From assembly GCA_951406725.2 (NCBI GenBank), contig OX597816.1:26474001-26538000 (forward strand): DNA of 64,000 nt. Reading direction: 5' to 3'. The stretch's first letter is position 1. The number at the start of each line of letters is the position of its first letter. The notes under the pieces are model-generated. The model worked only from the letters and a program-made list of their open reading frames with translations, was not told where the DNA came from and made no database searches. Both the position numbers and the translations under genes were made by a program. Below, piece after piece: positions 1 through 14,266 of this stretch. Source of the stretch: Octopus vulgaris. Its lineage: Eukaryota.

Positions 1-666
1 ATGGCATCTTTTTATTGTTCAATAGATCGAGGGTGATGAGTGTATACCTCTGATTCCATGTACCTCCACAGAAAAAAAAATTGCACGGGTTCGAATTAGG
101 TGATCGGGCGGGCTAACCGATGTCAGCGCGCAATGAGATCAAATGACAGGGGAACATCTCCCTCAAAATCCCCATCGTACGTCGAGAAGTGTGGGCTGTT
201 GCCCCACCCTGTTGAAACCAAACAGTGTCCCTATCGTCAAGTTCATTCAATTTCGGTTTCAGAAAAGTCTCTAGCATCACACGAGATCGATCAGAGTTTA
301 CAGTCACTGTAACATTGTCTTCTTCGAAGGAGCACGAACCCCAAATGCCGAATTCTGCTGCCGCAGAATTTCGAGTAGGTACGGATTCATGTCTACCTAA
401 CCTTAAGTGCATACGGGACGCTCTTCGTGTTGCAGTTACGGATTCGTTGTTCTTCATAAACGTTTCGACAATGAAAGCGCGATGCTCACCCGTTCAGTAC
501 GTGTTGGCAACTGAAAGCGAAGTGAAATAATATGTTACAAATTGCACCTATTGAAACAACATGGCATTATATGTAGATTTCGAAAATAAAAACATATTTT
601 TCGTTCTTTACTCAATTTCACTTTTATTAAATCTACAAATGTGTCAGATTATTTTGCCGCACCCTG
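1..666 (-). mobile_element. Internally deleted Tc1/mariner (Tc3-like) transposon, 5' part
   Basis: Minus-strand terminus TA|CAGGGTGCGGCAAAATAATCTGAC at 666. Translation has EHRAFIVETFMKNNESVTAT, VTVNSDR, VWFQQGGATAHT and a downstream WPARSPDL-like motif, with deletions and frameshifts. Confidence 0.9.
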
Positions 667-732
667 TATTATATATATATATTGTATGTACACATACTAT
701 ATATATATAAGTATAAAGACATATATATAACA

Positions 733-805
<73 letters not shown>

Positions 806-858
806 TAGGATATATATATTCAAATATTAATTAGAAGCGCATTGAGTGTTGTTAACTT

Positions 859-1310
859 AACAATATCAAACACACATACACAAAGTAAGTGCTTTGCTTG
901 TTCGTCGGTCGGCTGCGATTTGACGCGTTAGAAATGACTCTCTCGAAGAATACCTGTCGATATTGTTCACAATAGTCGAGCTATTTCTAATTCATATTTG
1001 AATGTATTCCTTCGTATGCATACTAGCAGATGATTCTTACACCATTTTAACATATAGCTATGGACAGGGGTTTTCAATTTGCATCAGGTTCGGTTAGGGT
1101 ACATGATGTTGATAAGCCACAAAAATGGTGAAATATCGATGTTCATCGATCCAAGACGGAACTTTGTGTGAGTTGTCTCGCCTGTCCCTGACTGACTTCC
1201 AGGTGTTTTTAACATCCGGCACTTTGAGAGTCTTCTCCAACGCCTAAAATCGCAGCCGGCCGACGAACTAGCAACGCACTTTCATTGTATATGTGTGTAC
1301 GGTATTGTTT
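859..1310. mobile_element. Old foldback/MITE-like element with long imperfect terminal inverted repeats
   Basis: AAGTGCTTTGCTTGTTCGTCGGTCGGCTGCGATTT...GACTCTC (about 887-942) is the reverse complement, with mismatches, of GAGAGTC...AAATCGCAGCCGGCCGACGAACTAGCAACGCACTT (about 1226-1281). (TA)n tracts lie nearby on both sides. Confidence 0.7.
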
Positions 1311-1325
1311 ATATGTGTGTGTCTG

Positions 1326-1468
<143 letters not shown>

Positions 1469-1842
1469 AGTGTGCATAACATGTGTTTGGTGCGGCTGTA
1501 TAATCTATCAGGAGCTAAAACTTAACAAAATCAATAGTGACCTCTCTTTTCCCTGCCAAATTTCCGTCCAAATATCAGACTCACTGGGTAACAGTTTGTG
1601 AAGTTTTAACTTCGGCTAAATAATATAACTTTATTTTTAGTATAGAATACATTCCTTCTTGTTTATATATCTCTTTCTCCATTTCTCTCTCTTTCTTTCT
1701 CTTTTTTTCTCCCATCCTGTTATATTTATTGGATAAAAAATCACACAAATAAAAATGAATGTGAATATAAGACAAGTAGGAAACAAACAAGCAAGAAATA
1801 TAATACAAGCTGAAAAGGCATACAATTGTGAAATCAACGAAC

Positions 1843-2190
1843 AACAATGAAAGAAGTGTAAAATGAAAATAACCAGACCAATTAAAGAAACAAAAGACAA
1901 TCTAACGTTTCATGTTACACGCTTTATCTAAAAGAAGTAAAAGTAATAAGAGATCAAGAGAAAAAGGAGAAGAAACGGTACCAAAAGTTCGACGTCTGTT
2001 TATATGCAGCCCAAGTGTTGACCTACCATATGCACGGTCGTCGTAAATTCGACGTCATTTATTCTTCTTTTTCTCTTACCGCTCTTATTACTTTTCTTTC
2101 TCATTGATAAGTATGTAACCCGAAACAATAGATTCCTTTCTGCTTTTTTTATTGGTGTAGTTATTTCAATTGTACAAGTCTTCTATTGCC
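1843..2190. repeat. Degenerate long inverted repeat, possibly a decayed pair of PLE terminal repeats
   Basis: About 1843-1985 pairs with about 2050-2190, e.g. AAAAGTAATAAGAG...AAGAGAAAAAG with CTTTTTCTCTT...CTCTTATTACTTTT. Confidence 0.65.
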
Positions 2191-2721
2191 TATGTTATTT
2201 GCTTGCCCGACTTCATTTATAGTATGTCTTTATGTGTGTCCTAATCATAATCTTACTATTTTTTTTTTCCTATATTTATTTACTGATAAGCTTATGCATA
2301 TGCAGAATAAATCGCCACTACTTCGCAAATTGACCATAATAACTACCTAGATTTTTATTATACTATAAGTGGGCAAAGCTGTCTGAGGGAGACAAACTAT
2401 ATATATTTCGAAATGCTTTGGCTAAAGTCGTTCAGAAATGCTTTGGTTTGACAGCATACGATAAATGTGGCTTTTGCTCACTTTTACTGTCTTAGTTAGT
2501 CCTTGTAAATATATTAAGTTTATGGTATATTTTTATTAATATTTTCACTTATATCTGTATCACTGCTAGTTTAACAAATGAGAAATTATGTGTCGGATCA
2601 TTCCAAGTTGACGATACGGAGTAGTGAGGCAGCACCAACATCTAAATAACACAACCAGCATGTGAAATAATATATTCTCTGTGTGCGTGCGTGCATATAC
2701 GCGTATATTTATATACGTGTA

Positions 2722-2767
<46 letters not shown>

Positions 2768-2772
2768 ATCCA

Positions 2773-2820
<48 letters not shown>

Positions 2821-2911
2821 TAATCCAAACGGGAAAACAGAAAAAACAACAACACGTGGAACAATTACAGTATTATTATTATTAGGCGCTCAGGAAAATG
2901 GAAGAAGGAGG

Positions 2912-2948
2912 GTATGACGTTTCGAGCGGAGCTCTTCGTCGGAAACAT
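2912..2948 (-). ncRNA. Minimal hammerhead-like motif, family A variant (core CCGACGA), in a PLE-type terminal repeat (about 2818-3010)
   Basis: Minus strand reads TTT-CCGACGA-A-GAGC-TCC-GCTC-GAAAC-GTC-ATAC. Stem II and the ACGT palindrome are intact; stem I is poor. Confidence 0.5.
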
Positions 2949-3325
2949 AGGAGAAAGAAAGATCCCGAGACGGGAGGACAGAGGAAAAAAAAATTGCAGG
3001 TAGTCTTCACGAGGTCACATACTGAAAAGACGGAAGTTGTAAAAAAGGAGGAAAATGTTTTTAAAAACAGGAGAGCTGAATCAAAGAGGGAATGGTAAAA
3101 AAGGTGTGCGAGAAAACGAGGGTGTGTGTATGTGTGTGTGCGTGTGTGTGTATGTGTGTGTATGGTGGACAGTGGCTAGTAGCAGGCAGTAGTAGAGTTA
3201 AAGGAGTGTGTGGGGGTACCCTAGCAAGTGACAAAAGCCAGGTCAGAAACAGGGAGGTATGTGTGTGTGCATGTGTATGTATGTGTGAGTGTGTGCGTGT
3301 GCGTGTGTGTATGTGTGTGTGAGGC

Positions 3326-3370
<45 letters not shown>

Positions 3371-3556
3371 TCCACTGATTTTTGGAACTGGATATTCTAC
3401 GGAGAGCGTGCTCTTGCTTACCTTCAACTTCAGTTTCTAGACATGGGTGGTCCCGAGACTAAGGCTTCTACCACGATTTTTAAGAAATGTGATGGAAAAC
3501 TACCTCAGGAAGTCAGGGACGCTACTCCCTGACACCCCTTTCAGAGCCCCCCAACC

Positions 3557-3603
<47 letters not shown>

Positions 3604-4106
3604 AAAATGGGACAAGAACGCAAAACATCCGAACAACTAGGCGATACAAATTGGGACAACAAAACATCCAGATAGACGATACAAAGAAAACAAGGACGGG
3701 TCATTCGAAGTTTTCTGTCTTCAAGCACCAGATTATCCTTGCAATTTCGGCTGATTATTCTTGAGATTGCTACACTCTGGCCAGCCACAAGGAAAAACTA
3801 AGCTAAGCGCATTATATTCCTTGGAAGAAAGCAATATATATATATATATATAGGTTGATAGCAATTTCCGTTTTAAATTTTACCGCTTCCGGTATATTCC
3901 TTTGGGTTTACCATAACGAAATTACAGCATGGAGCCTAACACATTAAGAGCTATCATCACATACAGCCTAGAAAAGGTTTGACAGTGCAAAGCTGAAAAC
4001 AGAAAGTAATTTGTGACTTGTTATATTCCACAATATACTCTAATGTAAATTCCAAGATCCGAAATAAATATATCTCAAACGAAACGAGTTTATGAAACTG
4101 CATATT

Positions 4107-4219
<113 letters not shown>

Positions 4220-5095
4220 ATATATATACTCTGTGTGTGTCTGTCTGTGTGTTCGTGAGGCAGTTATAATTCCAGGTACTTGTTTATAACTTCTTAAACT
4301 AGAAATAAGCGTCTCCACTTCTAGTTTATAAGAAAGAAGAGTTTATAAACTGTCAGTTGAGGTGAGACTGTAAAATGCAGATTTTATATCCTCCACATCT
4401 GGTTTGCAAACCAATTCACCTTATTCTCACACTGCTTAGGTAAGATATCCATGAACGTTACAGCTTCCCATTTTTAATGGCAAACAACTGATGTATTCAT
4501 CTGAAGTTGACTTCGGTTGTATTTGAACTTATAACATGAAGATCCAGAATAATATCTGTAAGCATTTTGTCTGGCGCGCTAACGATACTGCCAGCTCGCT
4601 TCTTTATACAACATTCTGTATTAATATCGGGCGTTGGCAAAAGAGACTCGAATTTGGGAGAAGAAAGAAGAGTAGGGAGGATGAGTAGAAGAAGAATAAA
4701 GGACAATCAGGAGAAAGCACGGTTTGTTATACCGACCACGGTATATGACTGGTATCATATTTTGTCGACCATGATGAGACACGTGAACGAACGTGATCAA
4801 ATACCATGGCTGTTCATAACAGTAACGGTACATGAGCTAGTAGTTTGTGTGTTGCATTCACGATCGCGGCATTGTGGTTTCAATTCCCGGTCTGGGTGAT
4901 ACGCTCTGTAGTACACCATATACCTGTTCAAGCAACGTTTGATGGAGGGACTGGACTTAGTGTACAATGCATAATTTTGATCGCTATAAACAGATCCTTT
5001 GTGCAGCTTGTTCAGAAAGAAATTGCAGAACCATCTTTCTCGGACTACGAGAAACTACCATATTAATAGTAAGAACAATATACAAACAACAACTG

Positions 5096-5590
<495 letters not shown>

Positions 5591-5736
5591 ATAATAATAA
5601 TAATAATAACAATAATCCTTTCTACTAGAAAGGTCTGGATTTTGGTGGGAGGGGGACAGTCGATTACATCGACCCCAGTACTCTGCTGGTCCTTAATTCA
5701 TGGACCTCGAAACGATGAAAAGCAAAGTCGACGCCG

Positions 5737-5779
<43 letters not shown>

Positions 5780-6054
5780 TGCTGTTGTTGTGGTGGTGGT
5801 GGTGATGGTGGTGGTGGTGGCGGCGGCGGCGGCGACGGAGGAGGTGGTGGTAGTGATGGTGGTGGTATAGTAGAAACGTATAAAAAATAAAATGCAGAAG
5901 CGGGCGGATTTATTAGGTAGGTCTTTGTTGCGATTTTATATGATTGCATAGAAACGATTATTCGATTGTTGTATTTATACGGTCACTGATTCAGAACGGA
6001 TTCAATGCATCGCCCCGTTGCATTGTGCAACGCTTCATATAATAATATAGTTGT

Positions 6055-6126
6055 TTGTGTGTCTGTTTGTGTGTGTGTGCATTACGTATATTCATATATA
6101 TTAATATGCATAAATGTATATATTTA

Positions 6127-6206
<80 letters not shown>

Positions 6207-6336
6207 CGTATGTGTGTATATATATATATATATATACATATATATATACATACACAAACATATATACATATGTTTAATTGCACACATACACGTATATATC
6301 CTTATACACAGATATGCACACACATATATGTGTATA

Positions 6337-6378
<42 letters not shown>

Positions 6379-6429
6379 TATGCATATGCATATATGTATG
6401 TATGCGTGTATGTATGTGTGTATGTATGC

Positions 6430-6462
<33 letters not shown>

Positions 6463-6722
6463 TGTATGTATGTATGTGTGTATGCATGTATGTATGTATG
6501 CATGTATGCATGTATGTATGTATGTACGTATGTATGTATGTATGTATGTATGTATGTATGTATGTATGTATGTATGTATGTATGTTTGTATGTATGTATG
6601 TATGTAAGTATGTATGTATGTGTGTATGTATGTACGTATGTATGTATGTATGTGTGTATGTATGTATGTGTGTGTGTATGTATGTATGTATGTATGTATG
6701 TATGTATGTATGTATGTATGTA

Positions 6723-6753
<31 letters not shown>

Positions 6754-6775
6754 ATGTATGTATGTATGTATGTAT
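6055..6775. repeat. Compound microsatellite (TATC/TA/TATG)
   Basis: Seen directly; representative of dozens of similar tracts, e.g. 16680-17240, 33430-33750, 47600-48490, 51925-53540. Confidence 0.95.
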
Positions 6776-6996
6776 CAGTTGAATCAGCCGGTTAGTCCGC
6801 CAGTCGGACAATCAAACCTGCAATGAAAAACAAACTCCTGAAAGGCAAGCGACAACAGACAGACAGACAGACAGAACAGAAAGACAGAGTGACAAAGAGA
6901 CAGACAGAGAGACACAGAAACAGTCAGACAGACAAATATGTTACCATTATATTTTTCCTGACTGCGTGCACATTTGTATTTAAATATATTGAATAT

Positions 6997-7081
<85 letters not shown>

Positions 7082-7109
7082 CCGGTTGATTCTGAATTTC
7101 TCTTGAATG

Positions 7110-7189
<80 letters not shown>

Positions 7190-7191
<2 letters not shown>

Positions 7192-7596
7192 AGTGGCTGT
7201 GTGGTAAGGTGCTCGCTTACCAATCACATGGTTCCGAGTTCAGTCCCATTGCATGGCACCTTGGGCAAGTGTCTTCTACTATAGCCTCGGGCCGACCAAA
7301 GCCTTGTGAGTAGATTTCGTAGAGACGGAAACTGAAAGAAGCCCGTCGTATATATGTGTGTGTGTATGTGTGAGTGTGTGAGTGTGTGTCTGTGTCTGTG
7401 TTTGTCTCGCCCTCCGCCATCACTTGACAACCGATGCTGGTGTGTTTACGTCCCCGTCACTTAGCGGTTCGGCAAAAGAGACCGATAGAATAAGTACTAG
7501 GCTTACAAAGAATAAGTCCCGGGGTCGATTTGCTCGACTAAAGGCGGTGCTTCAGTATGGTCGCAGTCAAATGACTGAAACATGTAAAAGAGTAAA
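7190..7596 (+). mobile_element. tRNA-derived SINE, family A (full length)
   Basis: Box A-like TGGCTGTGTGG and box B-like GAGTTCAGTCCC, a central (TA/TG) tract and a GTAAAAGA tail. At least six further copies occur in the window. Confidence 0.9.
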
Positions 7597-7710
7597 TGCA
7601 TATGTGTGTGTGTGTGTGTGTGCGCGCTGCTCTTGTGTGTGTATGAATATTTCTATGAGTGTAAGCCTATAAATTGTACAAATGCATATGTCTGTGTGTG
7701 TGTATGTCTG

Positions 7711-7796
<86 letters not shown>

Positions 7797-8006
7797 TGCA
7801 TACGCACGCATCTTGTCCTACATATACTTTTGTGTGTGTCGGTGAGTGTTTCGTGTGGGTGTTATATGTGTGCGTTCGTATGGTTGTATATAAATTTTTT
7901 GTCATGCAAGATCGAACAAAACACATTATTGTTAATATTATTGATTATTATTAGTGTTGTAGCAATTGTTGTAGCTGCAGCCCCAGCTATCCACACTTTC
8001 TACTTT

Positions 8007-8570
<564 letters not shown>

Positions 8571-9135
8571 GGCTACAGAAATTTAAAGTCGATATTGAGG
8601 CCGTACGTTCAGCTTGGACAATTCGCCATTGAACACCGAAAGCATCTAAAAATACATTGATGAATTACCTTCCATAGTCATAACAGGATACCTTTGTGTA
8701 GTTTGGTTATTTGCTTGCAAATTGACTTTTCACTGACTCTGATATTTTTCTGATAGTGATTATGCCGAGACTGGTGTTAATGCGTAGAAGGATGGTGCTG
8801 ACGATATGTTGATGCTCTCCAACACAAAGATATCTTTTTGTTTGTGCATTATTGTGGATTGGCAAAAAATCGCTAAAGCGTCCGATTAAATGAGGTTGCT
8901 TCTATTTGGTTACATAACTTTTTTACGTTCTAAAATCAAATCCTATTTTTGATTGATACGTTTTTATTTTTATTATTCTCCTTTTCTGTTTTGCTTTCAT
9001 TTTTTCTAATGAGGAGAGCGATGCGGGGATGGTTTTAATGAAGGACAGTAACAGACACGTACTATTGTCGATGAATTACACATTTCTTTCCTGCCCCTTG
9101 TGCGAATTATCATTATTAACATTATTGCTGTTAAG

Positions 9136-10015
9136 GCGGTGAGCTGGCATTTTGTTTCTCTGTATGTCCCTCTCTATGTGAGCGGCGTTCTGTCTGCCTG
9201 TATGTTCTGGGTTCAAACCCCACCGGGATCGACTTTGCCTTTCTTCCTTTCGGGGTTGATAAATTGGGCACCAATGAAACACTGTGGAGGCGCAATGGCC
9301 TAGTGGTTAGGGTAGCGGACTCGCGGTCAGATGATCGCGGTTTCGATTCCCAGACCGGGCGTTGTGTGTGTTTATTGAGCGAAAACACCTAAAGCTCCAC
9401 GAAGCTCCGGCAGGGGGTGGTGGCGACCCCTGTTGTACTCTTTCGCCCCAACTTTCTCTCACTCTTGAGTAACGCTGCGATGGACTGGCGTCCTGTCCAG
9501 CTGGGGGGAACACATAACCGGGAAACCGGGCCCATGAGCCTGGCTACGAATGAAACACTGGGTCGATGCGATCTACTAGTCCCCTCCCACAAAAAAGTTT
9601 AAGGCCTTGTGCCTTTAGTAAAAAGGATTATTGCTGCTGTTAAAGCGGTAAGTTAGCATTTTGTCTCTCTGTTCTGAGTTCAAATTCCACTGAGGTCGAC
9701 TTTGCCTTCGAGGTCGATAAAACAAGCACCAGTTAAACACGGAGGTCAATGTAATCGACTTGCCCTCTTCCCCAAAATTGCTGACCTTGTGCCAAAATTT
9801 GAAACCATTATTATTATTGTTAAGGAGGCAGAATCGTTAACACGCTTAGCGGTATTTCATCTGTTTTTATGTTCTGAGTTCAAATTCCACCGAGGTCGAC
9901 TTTGCCTTTCATCGTTTTAGAGTCGATAAATTAAGTACCAGTTGAGTACTGAGGTTGATGTAATCGACTATTCTCATCCACCATATTCCAGGCCATGTGC
10001 TTTTAGTTGAAAAGA
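9136..10015 (+). mobile_element. Cluster of family B SINE copies (Nin/Deu-type core)
   Basis: Three repeats of GTTCTG(A/G)GTTCAAA...GTCGACTTTGCCTT...GATAAA. The first copy is interrupted by another SINE. Confidence 0.8.
9285..9548 (+). mobile_element. tRNA-derived SINE, family C (V-domain-like), nested in a family B SINE
   Basis: TGGCCTAGTGG box A, GGTTTCGATTCCC box B and GCGATGGACTGGCGTCCTGTCCAG core. 12-bp target-site duplication (TSD) AATGAAACACTG at 9273-9284 and 9549-9560. Confidence 0.85.
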
Positions 10016-10486
10016 TCGTTATTTTTATTACTATTATTGCTTTTGTTGCTTTTGTTGTTATAGGATAATCCGTCTCAGGTGAAATGCCTTTGATCATAAG
10101 GCTGTTCCGGTGCTAAATAACAACATACTAACACTTAAGTAACGAATTCTCTTAAGGAGCAATGTGAACCCTACAGCATCATGTGCAAGTAGACACGGTG
10201 TAATGAGTTTGCCTTCTCATCAAAGGCAAACAACGTTTGTACGTACATGTTACATGTAAATACAGCTGCATAAAACAGATAGGAGTTCGAATGGGTTTAG
10301 CAGTGAAACGCCTCCAGCTTTGTATCACACAATCACACATAGATGTAAAGCTACCCAGACGTGTAGATATGCTGCTATTTGGTGGGGGGGGGTTACTTGC
10401 TTTTCTTCTCTGTATTTGTTTTGTCAGATAGCTCTTGTCTATATATACGCGTATATATATATATTTATATACATATGTGTGTGTGT

Positions 10487-10860
10487 TCATTTGACTGCGG
10501 CCATGGTGGAGCATCGCCTTTAGTTGAATAAATCGACCACAGGACTTATTCTTTGTAAAACTTAGTACTTATTCTATCGGTGTCTTTTGCCGAAACCCTA
10601 AGTTATGAGGACGTAAACACACCAACATCGGTAGTCAAGTGATGGTGGTGGGGGACAAACACAGTCACAAACACGCACAAACATATATATATATATACAA
10701 CTGGTATTTTTTTTAATTTCCGTCTACCAAATCCACTCACAAGGCTTTGGTCGGCCCAATGATATAGTAGAAGACACTTGCCCAAGGTGACACGCAATGG
10801 GACTGAACCCGGAACCATGTGGCTGGTAAGCAAGCTACTTACCACACAGCCACTCCTGCA
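10487..10860 (-). mobile_element. SINE family A, followed by a diverged + strand copy (about 10870-11180)
   Basis: Reverse complement of the 7190 element. Confidence 0.88.
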
Positions 10861-11444
10861 AATGTTTTTTTTTCTCTTGTCTCGGACCTACTCCTGGCTT
10901 GTGAGAGAACCTGAGTGACACAAACTGCGTGGAATGTATGTATAAATGTGTGTATGTGTCTGTGTGTGTTTTGCGTTTGTATTTAACCCCTACCCCACCG
11001 CTTAACACCCGGTGTTGCTGTGTTTACGTCTCTGTAACTTAGCGGCTCAGCAAAAGACACCAACAGAATAAATACGACTTACAAAAATAAGTATTTCGAT
11101 CGGTTTGTTCGACTGAACCGCTCATGGTTGTACCCCAGCATGGCCGCAAGTCATTGACTGACAGAAATAAAAGCTAAATGATAAAGATATACTCGGTCAT
11201 CTCATCATACAAAATACAAAATTATTGTTGCTGATGCCTTTGCTGCTGCTACTGCTGTTGGTGTTGCTGCTGCTGCTCTTGTATAGCTCCAGACCAACCA
11301 TAGTCTTGTAGACTTATGATCAAAGGTATTGTCTATTTTCACAGGACATTTTCTAACCTGTCCTTTCCTTTAAGATCATAGAGTGTGATTTGAAGGAATT
11401 TTTTGCTACTATCTCTAGCAGCTAGATACAAATAACTTTATTCA

Positions 11445-11662
11445 TTTCTACTGAAGGTACAAGGCCTTGAAATTTTGGGGAAGGGGACTAGTCGATTACA
11501 TCGACCCCAGTATTTCACTGGCATTTTACTTAATTTCTCGACCCCGAAACGATAAAAAGCAAAGTCGACCCCGGCGGAATTTGAACTCAGAACATGAAGA
11601 AAGGTGTATTGCCATTAAACATTCCGTCCGGCGTGGTAACGATTCTGCCAACTTGCCGCCTT
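11445..11662 (-). mobile_element. SINE family B
   Basis: CGACCCCGAAA...AAAGTCGACC...GGCGGAATTTGAACTCAGAAC...CGATTCTGCCAACTTGCCGCC. Confidence 0.85.
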
Positions 11663-12052
11663 ATAGAAATAGCTTTATTGACAAGCATACGTTGATCTGT
11701 AAATGTTATACAAAAGAACCAACCATGTCTCATATGTCTCATATTATGGATTCGTTGATTTTTTTCCCCTGTGTATTACATTGAGCATAGGAGACAAGTG
11801 TCTGGAAAATACTCAGAGATTTCTACTACAATTCAGTAAGGAGATCGAACAATTAAAATACTATCCGTCGAAACCGACGGAGGATGCTTTTAATTTCATT
11901 ACAAGTATCTGAACAACACACTCTTTTGTAAATAATATGAAGAGGGATGATGTAGCGAAACCAAATCTGAAGTGGATATTTGTATTATCTGTCTCATTTT
12001 CTCTTCTCTTTTTCTTTTTCTACCTTCTATCCTCCTCTGTCTCCTTTCTTCC

Positions 12053-12136
<84 letters not shown>

Positions 12137-12227
12137 GTCTTTTCTTTATCTCCCTCTGGTTCTTGCTTCTCTCTCCAACGCATTATTGGCTCTTATTTTT
12201 GTTCTGACCTTCTGCCTAAATTGTGAA

Positions 12228-12540
12228 GGCACGTGGCTTAATGTTTACGGTATTCCGCTCACGATCGTTAGGCCGTGAGTTCGATATCCCCGGCGGCGCG
12301 TTGAGTCCTCGAGTTAAGCACTTTATTTCACGTTGCTTCAGTCGACTCACCTGGTGTAAACGAGTACCTGTAATTCAAAGGGGCCAACCTTTTCACATTT
12401 TGTGTCACGCTACACGAACTACAATAAGGGTACTCGTGACTATAGAGTGCTTAGCCGCTTGTACGTCCATTTCATTAGTGTGTTGTTCCGTTGATCGGAT
12501 CAACTGGAACCCTAGTCACCATAACCGACGGAGTGGCAGT
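12228..12540 (+). mobile_element. tRNA-derived SINE, family D; related heads at about 42400-42672(-), 59160-59385(-) and 61160-61420(-)
   Basis: GGCACGTGGCTTAATG...GAGTTCGAT head followed by ACTTTATTTCACGTTGCT; the reverse complement recurs at the other loci. Confidence 0.7.
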
Positions 12541-13846
12541 TTTGGAGAGTGTTTTTCTGCCTAAATTATTATAAAAGTGGTGAGCTGGTGAAATTGTTAG
12601 AACGTTCCGGTTGTTTGCATTTTGAGTTCAATTACCACAGAGGTTGACTTTGTCTTTCATACTTTGGAGTAGGATCGATAAAATAACATACCAGTCAAGA
12701 ACTGGATGTTAATGTTATCGACTAAACCCCTAACGTAAAACTTGCTAACCTTGTGTCTAAGTTAGACACCATTTATTTTATCGACCTTGAAAAGACGAAA
12801 TACGAAATTCGACGTTGTCGGAATTTGAACGCACTGCGTAAGAATAACTTAACTAAGAGCTCGCAAGATATTTTGCCTACCAGTCTTACTGATTGTACCA
12901 TAATCATAAGAATTAGCACAGGGCAATAAATTTGCAAGAGGAATCTATTTGGAGAAAGTATTTAAAGCATTGATTTTAATGACCCCGTATGGGAATAAGT
13001 GAGAAGCAACTCCAACGATACTTGAACACAGGAATGTAATTATATACCATTTTAGTTCTGAATGACAGCCTTTTTCCCTATCTTTCATTAAACATTTCTT
13101 ACATTAAACACCCTGTCAGGAAAACTTAAGGTAGGGGAGTGGGATCGACTAAACCTTTGGAGATGGGTCGTACTTAGATTATCGACTCTTGAAGAATGTA
13201 GTGGCGGGGAATCATACGTAAGATTAGGTTTTCGAACCTGGATAGATTTCAGGTAAGAAACTTTGGTATTCGAAAGTAAAACTGTCGATGGATTTCTAGG
13301 CATTTTATCCGTCTATGGCGAGAAAAATTTCCCCGGCATTATTTTATTGAGGCCTTTTTTATTTTCATTTTATCTTGATTTTTATTTAGCTGGTTTTTAA
13401 CAAGCATCTATATTTTTCATATCACGTTACTGATATCATTATCGTGGTATTTCATTGCTTGTCATTCTGGAATGTTCAGTGTAGTATTTTAAAACTATAT
13501 CAATATCTCTTTCGTATCGTTTTTATCAGTATGAGACTGTATTTGAACAGAGCTGTAATTGTTCTAGATCCTTGAACCCAAAGATCAAATCCTGCTGAAG
13601 TTAACTTTGCCTTTCGTCCATTTAAAGTAAACAAATACAGCACCAAATCAGAAGTAGTAGATTAGCAGTTGTCTACACTTTGAGTTCCAATCCTGTCGAG
13701 ATCAGCTTTACCTTTCGTTCTTTCTGGGGTAGATAAATACTAGATCAGTTCAGAAATAGCAGATTGGCAAAATTATTCGAACTTCTGGCTGTACGACATA
13801 TGTTCGAATCCTGCCGAAGTGACTTTTTCGTCCTTTTGGAGTCGAA

Positions 13847-14266
13847 GGATCTTTTCGGTTTGAATGGCAGTTTTTAACATAATTTCTAGGTAACTAAAAA
13901 ATTTTAAACTTCGTATACTGGTAGAATGTGTTTATAAAGCATCTTTTTTTTTTGGTTTTATTGAGAAAATTCTATAGTTTGTAAGATATTTGGGGGTTTT
14001 TTTCTTCAATTTCTACAATTTCAACTAATTAATGACGTCCATTGAGGTAAAAAAAAAACATTCTGTGCCGTATGAATATGTCCCTCGTTTAAGAAACAGA
14101 TTGGGTTTATTTACATTTGTGAAGAAAAAAAGATACCTTCCCCCCATCCCTAACCCTAACCCTAAAACAGATTGAAATGCAATAGATCGATACTAGGGTC
14201 ATAATTATGGGTGACAATTTCATATGACACCGCTAGAAAAGACTGCCGTTCAAACCGAAAAGATCC
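13847..14266. mobile_element. Non-autonomous DNA transposon (Merlin-like MITE, 420 bp)
   Basis: Terminal inverted repeats (TIRs) GGATCTTTTCGGTTTGAATGGCAG and CTGCCGTTCAAACCGAAAAGATCC. Perfect 8-bp TSD GAGTCGAA at 13839-13846 and 14267-14274. GG termini with an 8-bp TSD fit Merlin. Confidence 0.88.

Noticed and set aside
3603-3835. Microsatellite-flanked element with CTCAAGA...GAAATTGC on the minus strand as a ribozyme variant
   Set aside because: No stem II can be formed. It is left as an unclassified probable repeat.
9285-9362. SINE heads as genuine tRNA genes
   Set aside because: Boxes A and B are present but there is no complete cloverleaf, and the sequence continues into SINE bodies with TSDs.
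14148-14165. (CCCTAA)3 as a telomere or chromosome-fusion scar
   Set aside because: Only three units, internal to a TSD-flanked MITE.
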